From NCBI RefSeq assembly GCF_009914755.1, contig NC_060947.1: DNA of 64,000 nucleotides. One strand, given 5' to 3'. Shown one piece after another: positions 15,577-26,645 of this stretch. A program made the translations under genes and the position numbers. This stretch comes from the human T2T-CHM13v2.0 reference genome, Homo sapiens. How positions within the stretch are numbered: the stretch's first letter is position 1; each line of letters begins with the position of its first letter. The notes under the pieces are model-generated. The model worked only from the letters and a program-made list of their open reading frames with translations, made no database searches and had not been told where the DNA came from.

Positions 15577-15741
15577 CTTTGAAGTGAGAGACTGGTGATG
15601 GGGGGACAACACTGTGAATGTACCTAATGCCACTGAATTGGACACTTAAAAATGGTTAAAATGGCAAATTTTCTACTATATATTTTCTATTATATATTAA
15701 TATACTTTAATTTGAATAAAATATTAATGTAATATACCAAA
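15577..15741 (+). mobile_element. Short L1M (L1MB-like) 3'-end insertion
   Basis: acaacactgtgaatgtacctaatgccactgaattggacacttaaaaatggttaaaatggcaaatttt; flanking direct repeat aaagtggaactg (15565-15576) / aaagtggaaatg (15742-15753). Confidence 0.75.
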
Positions 15742-16512
15742 AAAGTGGAAATGATCAACAATGTCAAATACTGTGGATGAGTCTATGGAGATAACTGGGA
15801 AGAGAAAGCAAACTACTTTTAAAATATTTGCCAGAGAGAACCAACCATGATTAGAAAGGTTATTTAGTTATCCCCAATCATCCTGATTTAGTTGGCACTT
15901 TGAAAAACATGTTAGCATATTGGGTTACTTCTTGTGTTGAACACTTGGCATTATAAAAAATTATTGGTCTGGGACAGGTAGGTAACCAAAAAAAAAAAAA
16001 AAGAGAGATTTATTGGGCTATGAATGCATGGCCTCCTTAGAGCCAAAGTGGTCATACACATTGAAGCAGAGAAAGCTAGCTATGATATTTGTTTCTAGAA
16101 GTAAAATCCCAATTCTGATAGTTAATGATATGCTAATTGCTGTAAAGACATAGTGGCAGTTTCTTCAAGACTTTGACACCTTCTCCAGATTGATATAACA
16201 GCTGCACTGTATTGGAAAGCTACATTCTGCTTTGGCAGATGAATGGTGGCAGTCTCTAGCAGGCATCTCTCATGGTTTGCTAAGATATCAGTTTGACTCT
16301 AACATTTTTTTTATGTGTTGGTTGGCATTGCCCATAGGAGTGAGCATTTGCTCTATAAGTAAATGTGACTTTTATCATAGTACTATTAGATATACTGAAA
16401 TAAAATATGTATTTCCCAAAGTGTATCTCATTTTAAAGTAATTATCCAAGGAAAATAGAAACCTCATAAAGAATATTAATTGGCCTCAGGTGAATTACAA
16501 CTATATGACAAG

Positions 16513-16516
<4 letters not shown>

Positions 16517-16544
<28 letters not shown>
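16517..16544. repeat. (TG)14 microsatellite
   Basis: Perfect dinucleotide run read directly. Confidence 0.97.
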
Positions 16545-16546
<2 letters not shown>

Positions 16547-19500
16547 CTGAATGATCAGCGAGGTTGAAGGAATAGGGAGAAGATGATAATCTCTCTATGT
16601 CTCAGTTTTCTTATCTGTAAAATGAGGGGACAGGACTGATTAGCCTCTGAAAGCGTACTTTCAACTGTAAATATTATGTGCTTCTAATATTGAGAATGGA
16701 ACAGCAACAGACATGCCTAAAACTTTGAGATAAAGCTTTATATGCTTTCAAGTGGCAAATTGTTAGTTTACTTTAATGAATCCAAACTTTATGAAGTCAA
16801 ATATTTGATTAATTGCATCATTAATCTGTTTCTATTAGCTGATTGAAACAAATTGTTTATTAATTTCCAGTTGGTAATATGTAAATTTATAATTTAATTA
16901 AAATCTCATTATGTATTTTTTAAGACAAAAGGCACATTGGTACAGAGTTTGATGAGTGAGACACAGACAATGCTATAGAATCAGTTCAGCTGCAAGAAAG
17001 ACAATTTGTTACCAGGCTCTGTGCAGAGGGAGAGCTGGGCCTGGGGCCAAGCTACTGGGCCCACTTAGAATCACAAGGAAGCTTTTTATAGAATGTGAGT
17101 TCCCTTGAACACTGACATGCTTCCTCGGTGAGTCTGAAAATTAGAACTTTAGAAGTGAGAAGGCTTCTCAGGATTATCAGGCTCTAGTCCGGCTCCCTGT
17201 CAGGTATTTGAACCCACAACTCTTGAGCCTGTTCAGTGGGCCAAGTAAAGCTTGCTTCCCTGTGGATGGAACCAAACTCACCATCATACACCTTCTTCTC
17301 TGTGAACCCCCAGGAAGTCTGCTTTATCTTCCCCAAGCTGTGCTTCAGAGATTGAAAGACAGAGCCCCTATGTGCCGAGTCTTGTCTTTTTAAAGGCAAA
17401 ATATACCCAGGTTTTTTTAACAACTGTCCACAGAACAGCGTTGTGAGCCCACTCTGCTTTCCTTGAAGCTGATACATTCCATTTTACCTAGTTCCCTAGA
17501 GAGTACCAGACCCCACAGAAATGCCCCCTGTGTGGGGTCTTACCAGAGCTTCTCTGGTCAGGGTTACCAATTAAATGTATTTTCCGTAGAGACCTGTGTG
17601 CACGTTAGTGAAGCATCTTGATGAGGGAGGAGGTTTCTCACACAAAGGGCCTGAAGGTAGCCATTTCCCAGGGGGCATTAAAGTCCCTCACTGGGCTTAA
17701 AAATGTGCAGGGGCCCACATCTTGGTGATTTGGTTTTGATTTTCTGGATAAATTTGGGGAGCAGTTTTGAGTGAGATACCACAGATAAACATTTGCCTTT
17801 GCCTTTGTAGTGTAATTATTGACCATTTGGGGTAATATTTTTATTCCTTGTTTTCCTCAAAGACTTCCCTGATAGTTGCAGGTGGGAAACACTGAAGGTC
17901 ACCTGGGTGCAGGTTCCAATGATGTTTCCAAGGTGGGAGACAGCTTGCCTCCGCCCATTGCCCTCACTCCCGCCTAACAGTAGAACGTTTAGGACGTTTC
18001 TTTTGGGCACTTCCCTCCATTGGAGGAACGGATCTTGCAGACGAATGTCCTCTCTTGCCGCTCCTGTGTCCATTCCTGTCCCCAGCCAGCCTGCCCTCCT
18101 TTCTATGTTTTATAACTTTTCTGGGCAGAAAGACAAGGAAACCTGCTGGTGGAGTCCAGAGAATACATTCATCCCTGCTAACCTTTACAGGTTCCCCTCT
18201 CATGACTGTTCATCAAATCTCTGGTTCAGCCTGACCTGTTCTTCATAGCTGCCATTCCACGGTTTTCCTCTTTCTGTGAGCTGAGGTTCTTACTTACCCC
18301 AACCTGGGCAGATGAATTCATCTTCTGTTTCTCTAAGGAAATCAAGGTCATTTGGCCATTTGGCATGAGTTTCATAATCTTTCTTCCTCTCCACCTGTCA
18401 TAGTGATTCTCACTGCTTCCAAGTATTTGTCAATCTTCAGCCCCTTCTTACTTTCCCCCACAGAGTAAGAAATAACCTGATGCCATCCCAAATTGGTCTC
18501 TCATTCTTCATTCTGCCAGTGCATTTGAGCACCCATGAACAATGGGATGATATTTTCCTCTTTAGGTTAGTTGCAGGGTTCCAGAAGATTATACTTGTCT
18601 AAAGACTCAATACCAGAGAAGATATAGCCCAAATGTAATGTACCCTTTATCAGTCTAAGAAAGTAGTGAAATTATATTGATAAACGATTTACAATTACAT
18701 CTATAGAAAAGGAAAAAAGCTCTCAATTTTGCATACGATTGCTTTAAGAAAGTTTTTAGAGAGAGGAAATATATATGACTGTCATATATATATAAATATA
18801 TACGACTGTCAAGCACATACGTAGAAGTACAAGGGCAATGCGCAAGCCTGACTGATTGAACTGGGAAAGATATAGCAAGAAATTTTCAAATTCAGACAGT
18901 TTGGTACCTACACAGACTGTGAAGAGAAGAATAAGCCAAAGAGGCCAGCTCCCTATTATTCTTTCCCCACACAACAAGAAGGACAACAGAGAAATAAAAG
19001 GGGCCAGATGGCTGTAAAGTGAGTTGTAGGATACCTCATTGCTGAAGACTTCATTCTAGTCTGCAGCTAAGTGACATTTTTACTCAGAGCTCCATTGAAA
19101 GGCAGGGGGAGGAGGGCATGGGCCAGAACCCGGGAGTTGTTGAGAAACTGGCTCATAACAGCCTTCCAGAGGAGTTAGGGAGGTAAGTGGGAGATAGCCT
19201 CAGAACAGCTCTTTTAATAACGGCCTAACATACTCTTGTGTTTTGGGAGATCACAAGGCATTCCACAAAGGCTCAGATCAGCTATGGTTCAAACTTCTGT
19301 TTGTGTGGATATGTGCAAGGTTGCCAGGGTACCATGCCAGAGCCATGCCCCAAGAACAGTAAGAGACCATGTAAGGCACAGATGAATAACATGTGTCTTA
19401 GTGTCTATTTAAAAGCCTACCTTTGTGAGAAGAGGGATTCTATTGAAATGCAGCCATCATTTTGGATTTCACTGGTCTATGAACCTGGTAGTGAGAGACT

Positions 19501-20163
19501 AAAAACAAATTTGTATTGAACTTGAATGTTAACTTAATAATCAAATAAATACCTTCATGTTTAATGCTTAAACAGAATTTCATTAAAATTTCTTTGACGT
19601 TAAGCCAAATTTTGAAGTGAATTGGAACTGGTTTGCATTTCTTAAATTGGTCTTTCTTTGGAAATAATGAAAAAGTGTTAGAGTCTTGGCCGAATTCCAG
19701 TGACTGTGACTCAACTTGTTAAAGTTAAATTTTAATATTTACACATTACATAGTATAATATTTATACTAGGCAACAGATTGGGTGTGTAGAATTCAAAAT
19801 AGGATACACTTTGACTTGGAATTGCAGTGTGGTAGTCATTACACCCGGAGAATTGGGGGTTATCAAATACTGAGACTGAGGCAGCCCAAGCAAAGGAGTT
19901 TGAAATATAAACACTGCTAAGTGTGCAGTTCCAGCTTGTACTTATGTGTTGGTTTTCATGACAATGTGTGCTTTGTACTCTCGCCGATCATTGATTTTAC
20001 TGTTGTTGAGATACTTAGGGGAAAGCTGGCTTGTACATGACACCTTCTACTAGGTTGGATGATAATGTAGTCAGTGAGACTGCCAGTGACCTCCTCTCAG
20101 CCTGCCAGGAGCCAGGCTGGCTCACTACTGGAAAGTAGGAGAAGTTATGTAAAGATGAATGTA

Positions 20164-20340
20164 ATCATAGAATCCCAGAATGTAAGAATTGCTTAGCACA
20201 CTGGAAACTTTCCAGTACAAACTCCCTGTTTTACATGTGAGGAAGCTGAGGCCCAATAGGGTTAAATGATCTGCTCAAGGTCACTGAGCTAGTTAGTGAC
20301 AGAAAGATGGAAACCCAGGTCTCCACTTCTAATCCAGATA
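20164..20340 (-). mobile_element. MIR-family SINE
   Basis: ttttacatgtgaggaagctgaggccc...aaatgatctgctcaaggtcactgagctagttagtgacaga (reverse MIR core). Confidence 0.8.
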
Positions 20341-21357
20341 GATTAACTACCCCTGAATAGAAACTCACATGTGGTTACCTGAGATTGATCTATTCGAAGA
20401 TATAGAAATAAATAATGGAGAAACTCCTGGATCAAACATCCCTAGATTTTTTGGCAATGATGTTGTAAAGGGCATTCAAGAGTCATTTATAGTATAGAAT
20501 GCAACTGGATGATACTGCAGTTCCTTTCAAAAGTCAGAGTTCCAGGAGTAATGTGAAAAAATAGCAGCAAATACAAGATGGTGTAGTATTAAACTCTGAG
20601 GTCTAGTGCCTAGAGGGCAAGGGACTCAACACAGTGCCCTTTCTCACCCAGTCACGATCATACACAAAGAGATTACCGGGCCAACTTGTTAGGTCATGGG
20701 CACCCTGAAACTAATCTTACTGCTTGTCTGAAAGAGGATTCGACACATTGGATGAAACGTGGGACAGTTTAACTGCATGACTACATGCAGCCTCTTCTAC
20801 TCTGTGGTACTGTAATGTAAATCTGCCTGCCTCATCCCTCAATTGTGGATGTGCATATGCATGTGCACACACACACACGCATACACAAGCCTCATCAGCA
20901 TTCACCGTACCCTTATATTCAGTCATATAATTGGCTTAATAGCGTCTTGTTGTCCCTAGAAGATAAAATTGAGACAACCACTTACAAAGAAAGCATTCTG
21001 TCAGTCACTTGGCCATTTAGTCTCCACATCCTTCTTTATTTAATAACTCTTTCTACCTTGTGCCAAACCTTGGGCTTTCTTTGGAGGGCTTCCAAGTTAC
21101 CTTTTTCCTAAACTAATCCCACACAGTCTGGAATATGACAGCCTTTTCACATAGACTGGATTGCTTGCAGACACTATGTCCTGTTAAGTTTGTACTGATT
21201 CATGAGCATTTTAAGTGAAACTTCCAAAACTCATTTTATCTGTTCAGCCTCCTGTTTACAAACCACATGATATAAGAATGCTCTTTTCCCTTCCTCTTTC
21301 ACCTTTCCTTTCTCCCATGAAAAAGTGAACTAAGATCAAGGGTCAGAATAACCCAAA

Positions 21358-21530
21358 GGGTGGTAGAGAGAAAAGAGCACTAAATGAAGAGTCAGGAGAC
21401 TTGGGCTCTGGTCCAAGTCATGCCACTGACCGGGTGGATGACATTGGACAGTCAACTTCCTTTTCGTGTACCTGATCTTCCCTAAAATGGAAAATGATGC
21501 CTTTGATCTCAATACCCTCTAATAACCCTT
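21358..21530 (+). mobile_element. MIR-family SINE
   Basis: gaaaagagcactaaatgaagagtcaggagacttgggctctggtcc...gccactgacc...atgacattggacagtca. Confidence 0.7.
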
Positions 21531-22449
21531 TGATTGAAGGTTGTTTTCACGCTCAATTTTCTCCTGTTTTCATGTTCCCGATTTGAACTACAATAAAGTG
21601 TTTCGCAGGTGTGTGGTGTCTTTTAGGGTAATTTTCCTTCTATTGGAAGATGTATCATCATCTCTATGGTTGCAATATCACTGAAACTCCTTATTATCAA
21701 TAAAATGGATGGGTTAATATGTTAGATTTTATAAATGAGTAACCACAGATTTCATATGACTGTAATATGTAAACATGACAAATCTGTCTTTGATTGTTGT
21801 GCCCAAGTAAAACGTAAGAGGGCAACTGGGGCCCCACTTATCTAGGGAAATCGAGCATCTAGTTATTTGAGGTAATTAAAGCGTCTTGTGTCAGACTCTT
21901 AAGCTACTTGCATATGAATAGAAAACATTTCCATGGTCACTTTTGGATGGTTACTTTTGCTGAGTTTTACAGAATAATAATACCTTACATCTCTATGTAA
22001 GTGGGACCTGTTCCCTCTTCTCTCCCTCTCTCAAACATCTAGTGTCTCTTCTCATAGAAATAACAAGCATAGAGATAAATGATGTGTATAAAGCAATTTG
22101 TCTTCAACAGGCATTTTCACATACCTTATCTTATTTGAGGGTCACAGCAATCCCCGGAGATACTTAACTGTTGAGAAGAGTCAGCCTTGCAGAGCTGAAG
22201 TGGCTCAACTCAGCTCTCATGGGCATTAAATGGCAGAGCAGGTGTGGATGACACAGGCCTTCAGGCTCTTCCCTTCCTCACCCAGTGGACACTCTTCATG
22301 TGTGAGGTGGTTCTGAGAAGAGACATTTGAAAGTTTTCATAAACCATTCTCATGCATTAATTTGCCTCAGGAAGAATTTTGAAGCCCTACTGTATGTCAT
22401 GTAATGGTTTGAGGCACTAGGATGACCACAGTGAACAAACCATTATACC

Positions 22450-22960
22450 TGTGTTAGGCAAAATAATGCCCCGCCTCCCCCAAAATGTCCATGTCCATAT
22501 ATATATAATGTGAATACACTACAACACAAAAGGGACTTTGCAGATGTGATTAAGTTAAGAATCTCTGGCTGGGGAGATTATCCTGGATTATCGTGGTGGG
22601 CCTAAAGTAATCATAAGGGCTCTAATAAAAGGAAGGCAGAAGGGTCAGAGTGAGAGAAGGAGATGTGATGAAACAAGTAGGGGTGAGAGAAAGAGAGATC
22701 TGAAGATGCTGTGCTGCTGGCCTTGAAGATAGAGGAACGGTCGCCAGCCAGGCAGTGAAGGTGGTCTCTACAAGCTGGAAGAGGCAAGGATATGGATTCT
22801 CCCCTGGAGCCTTCAGAAGGAACGCAGCTCTGCCAATACCTTGATTTTAGCTCAGTGAGACCTATTTCAGACTTCCTACTTCCAGAACTGAAAGAGAATA
22901 ATTTTTTTGTTGTTTGAAGCCATTGCGTTTGTAGTAATTTGTTACTATGAAACTGATGTA
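22450..22960 (+). mobile_element. MaLR solo LTR, MLT1D-like, inserted into an L2 fragment
   Basis: gggactttgcagatgtgattaagttaag...gggagattatcctggattatc...ggattctcccctggagccttcagaaggaacgcagctctgccaataccttgattttagc. Perfect 5-bp TSD ATACC at 22445-22449 and 22961-22965. Confidence 0.9.
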
Positions 22961-24935
22961 ATACCTGTCCCTAGTAACTCATTATGTATTTGGGAGAATG
23001 GCAAATAAACAGCCCCATCAGAGAGGAATAAGTGACGTTGAAGAGAAGCTGCACAGTGTTGGGGACTGGAAACTCTGAATGCAGCCTGGATGAAAGGTGC
23101 AAGGCTTCCTCAAGGAGGCAACAAGGAAGATGAATCACAGATGTTTGGGCATTTCAGAAATTAGTGACTGGGGCACAGTTTTTTATGTGTCACTGTGCCC
23201 AGGGTAGGGCCACTCCAGAGGGAAATGAATAATAGCCTGAGGATTCTATTTACATTGAGGAGCGGGGGACAGAGAAGTAGGGGGGCCCACCACTCATAGG
23301 ATTCTGTATCCTGGCCCAGCATTAGTAGAGTTATCCTATCTGATTCCATGGAATAAGCAAGCCCACAGCCTGGGCATCAATTATAGATCTGTGTAAAAGC
23401 TACATATATGCAATATATGTATGAGTGTGTGGATATATATATATATATTTTTTTCATTTAGTACTCCCAGCATATATATCAGCATAATATTCGATATCCA
23501 TTAACTTAGGGACACACTGTGGAATTTGAAACAGCTGAAGCTTGAAGTAGATCATATCCTTTCTTTCCAGTCTGTGTTGGATCATACATTACGATGAATA
23601 GAGGCAATTATAGGCAGATTCAATGACAGTGCTGCCATTTATTGGAGTATAATTCCTCTAGCCAATCAGTGCTCTAAGTAACAATAAATTATGTTAAACT
23701 TCCAATATTACTTGAGCGTGTCGAGGGCTATGGATCAATGAGTGTCTGATACTTGAAAAGCTTCAGCATTCAGTTCTTGTTGAATCTGTAATTAACAAAT
23801 GAAACTAAACTAATCATAGTAAATTGTTCATTTGGCTACATTTTTGTTGTTGAGCACACTGAGTGCTGAGGAACAAGACTGTGAAGTGTTGCAGAGCATG
23901 GGCCTGCACCCTTCTATTTCAAGGTGCCCAACAGCAAATGAATGCATCTATCAAAGCATACGAATGGTGAGTTGCTGTGATAGAATGATTCATCCTTGCA
24001 GGATGCTGATTTATCTGGCTTGAACAGTATGTGTTAATAAGAGATTGTTTTATATTAAAAGGCAGAGTTTAATTTTGATAGATTGGCTAGCAATTTTCCA
24101 AGAAAATATCAGTAAACTGAGGGAGTTCTAAAAGTTGTGTGTGAAATGTGTGTGAAACAGGTAGAAAAAACTCCTGGTGGCTTATGTGAATCAAAATTTT
24201 TTCCACCTATTGTAAGTACCTTGGGAAAAAAAAAACCAGACATAAAAGACTTCAAAACTGCACAGTTTAGATTTAAAGACACAGTTATTGGTAGATTGTC
24301 CCACTCAATTATTTAGTCTTTTTAGCTTTTGTGCCTGAAAAATGACTTCATCTTGTAAAAGGCAATTTACATTAATCCCGGAATAGTGCTTAGGATCTTT
24401 AAATATTTCAGAGAAGGGCACGCACTGGTTCCCACATACCAGCACACTGTTTGTGATGTTCATTAAAAATATTAGGGACCACAATGTTCAGAAACTACTT
24501 AGCATAGTTTTGTTGTACTAGTTAACTATGCACCAGTGATGCTCAATTGGGTCTTAGCATTAATACACTCATAATATACAGTGCACTGCTTCCATATGGT
24601 GCATTGGGTAGAAGCATATTAAACATATTACACAAACAGAGCTCAACACCTCACATATTATTCATCAACAATGCACCAATTAGACAATACAATGGTCATG
24701 AAAATCAACATTGGCATATGTGCCCCAGGTCCAGATTAAAGTAGATGGATGGGGAGAAATGAAAATAGAAAAGGGGAGATAATTAAACAGGATGGCATAA
24801 GGCCGCATAGGTTAGACTGTTACAACAAACCCAAAGGCACAGTTTTTTATTGTCCTGAGGCACAGCACTGAAACCAATATTGTTTAAGCTCTAAGTGACT
24901 TATTAAGTAGACCTAGAAAATTTCTACTTTTAGGC

Positions 24936-25240
24936 TAGTGCTGACCAATAGAAATATAATGTGGGCCACAGATACAAGCCACATATGTGAGTTTGAATTG
25001 CAGCCATATTAAAAAGGAGTATAAAGAAACAGATGAAATTAATACATTTTATTTTTACTCAATGTATGCAAAATATTTCATAATGGTGTCTGTATAAAAT
25101 TATTAATGCTATATTTAATATTTTTTACATACTAAGCCTTTGAAATCTGTTATATATTTTACACTTACAGTACATCTTAATACAGACTAACCACATTTCC
25201 AGTGCTCAGATTGGCTAGTGGCTCAGATTGATCAGTGGAG
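24936..25240. mobile_element. hAT-Charlie non-autonomous DNA transposon, MER33-like
   Basis: tagtgctgaccaatagaaatataatgtgggccaca start and acacttacagtacatcttaatacagactaaccacatttccagtgctca near the end. Confidence 0.78.
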
Positions 25241-25556
25241 TTTTGGATTATTTCATTACAATTGTATCTTATCCTGCAGTTTATTTTATGCTCCTTTGGA
25301 TAACTGGGGTTTTTTTTCTTAGAAGGCTGGGAGGGTGGGGTTGAATGTGTAAACTGCAGAGACAGAGCCACAGAATAGTCCAGGAACTTGCCCCAGGTCA
25401 CACAATCTCTAAATGGCAGAATCACTCTCGGAGGTCTTTCCACCACATGACCTCCTCCTTCTAAAAGTCCATTCTTTGTATGTCCTTCCATATCCTTGTT
25501 TTCCATAAAAGCACAATTATGATCTATTAGCTAGTCAATTAATAATGATAACCCAT

Positions 25557-26277
25557 TGTATTAGTCTATTATTGTATTGCTGTAAAGAAATAGCTGAGAC
25601 TGGGTATTTCAGTCCATTTTCACACTGCTATAAAGACATTACCTGAGACTGGGTAATTTATAAAGGAAAGAGGTTTAATTGACTCACAGTTTCGCATGAC
25701 AGGGGAGGCCCCTGAAAGTTACAATCATGGTGGAAGGAGAAGGGGAAGCAAGGCATGTCTTACATGGTGGCCCGGAGGGGAGAGAGCAGGGGAACTGCCA
25801 CACTTGAAAACCATCAGATCTTGTGAGAACTCCCTCACAATCATGAGAGCAGCATGGGGGAAGCCACCCGCATGATCCAATCACCCCCCAACCAGGTCCT
25901 TCCCTTGACACTTGGGGATTACAATTCAAGATGAGATTTGAGTGGGGACACAGAGCCAAAGCATATCACTTGGCGATTTATAAAGAAAAGAGGTTTAATT
26001 GGCTCACTGTTCTGCAGGCGGTTCACACATGGCTTGGCTTCTGGGGGAGGCCTCAGGGAGCTTTTACTCATGGCAGAAGGCAAAGCAAGAGCAGGCACCT
26101 CACGTGGCAAAAGAAGGAGCAAGGGAGAGAGGGGAGGTGCCACACACTTAAACAACCAGATCTCATGAGAACTCATTCACTATGGCAAGTACAGCACCAA
26201 GCCATGAGGGATCTGCCCCCGTGACCTAAGTACCTCGTGAGATTTGGTGCTTTTTGTCAAATATCCAAACTATATCA
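25557..26277 (-). mobile_element. MSTB-like solo LTR (outer element), split by a nested LTR
   Basis: Starts tgtattagtc, resumes at 25969, ends aaatatccaaactatatca. Near-perfect TSD cccat (25552-25556) / cccaa (26278-26282). Confidence 0.85.
25605..25968 (-). mobile_element. MSTA/THE1D-like solo LTR nested inside the MSTB LTR
   Basis: A second LTR body (agtccattttcacactgctataaagac ... ggggacacagagccaaagcatatca) flanked by ctggg (25600-25604) / cttgg (25969-25973). Confidence 0.85.
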
Positions 26278-26387
26278 CCCAAAGAAAGCTACTCTCTAAA
26301 AACCTTAAAATAATGTCCCTTTGCTCTAACACTTAGGACCTCTTTCTACATTCTAGATGAACAGAATTTGAAAGCATTTTACAATGA

Positions 26388-26645
26388 GAGCAGGGGGTGG
26401 TATAGAAGAAAAATTAACTGCACCTGGACTCAGACAATCTGCATTCATATTCTGGTTTTGCCCTGCATTACCTGAGTGACAGTGAATGCTAAGCAGTCAG
26501 CCCTTCTGGGTCTCAGTGCCTTCATCTGTGAAATGGGAAGTCAGAGTGCCTGTCTGGCCTATTTCTGAAGATTGCTGCAAGTTTTGTGTAAGATCATATT
26601 TGTGTAAGGAATTGCTCAGTGAAAAGTACCAGGCAAATGGAAGAG
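26388..26645 (+). mobile_element. MIRb-like SINE, near full length
   Basis: ggactcagacaatctgcattcatattctgg...ctgggtctcagtgccttcatctgtgaaatggg...tgtaagatcatatttgtgtaag. Confidence 0.75.

Larger units (their letters stand above)
13790..15810 (-). mobile_element. Degraded L2, interrupted by an MLT1 LTR, an AluJ and an L1M fragment
   Basis: L2-tail-like segment at about 13790-13890 and purine-rich L2-type sequence at 14662-15570 and 15750-15810. Boundaries approximate. Confidence 0.55.

Noticed and set aside
18769-18812. 11-bp-arm palindrome ATATATATGAC-T-GTCATATATAT with a nearby partial repeat
   Set aside because: Mostly (AT)n self-complementarity; expected by slippage.
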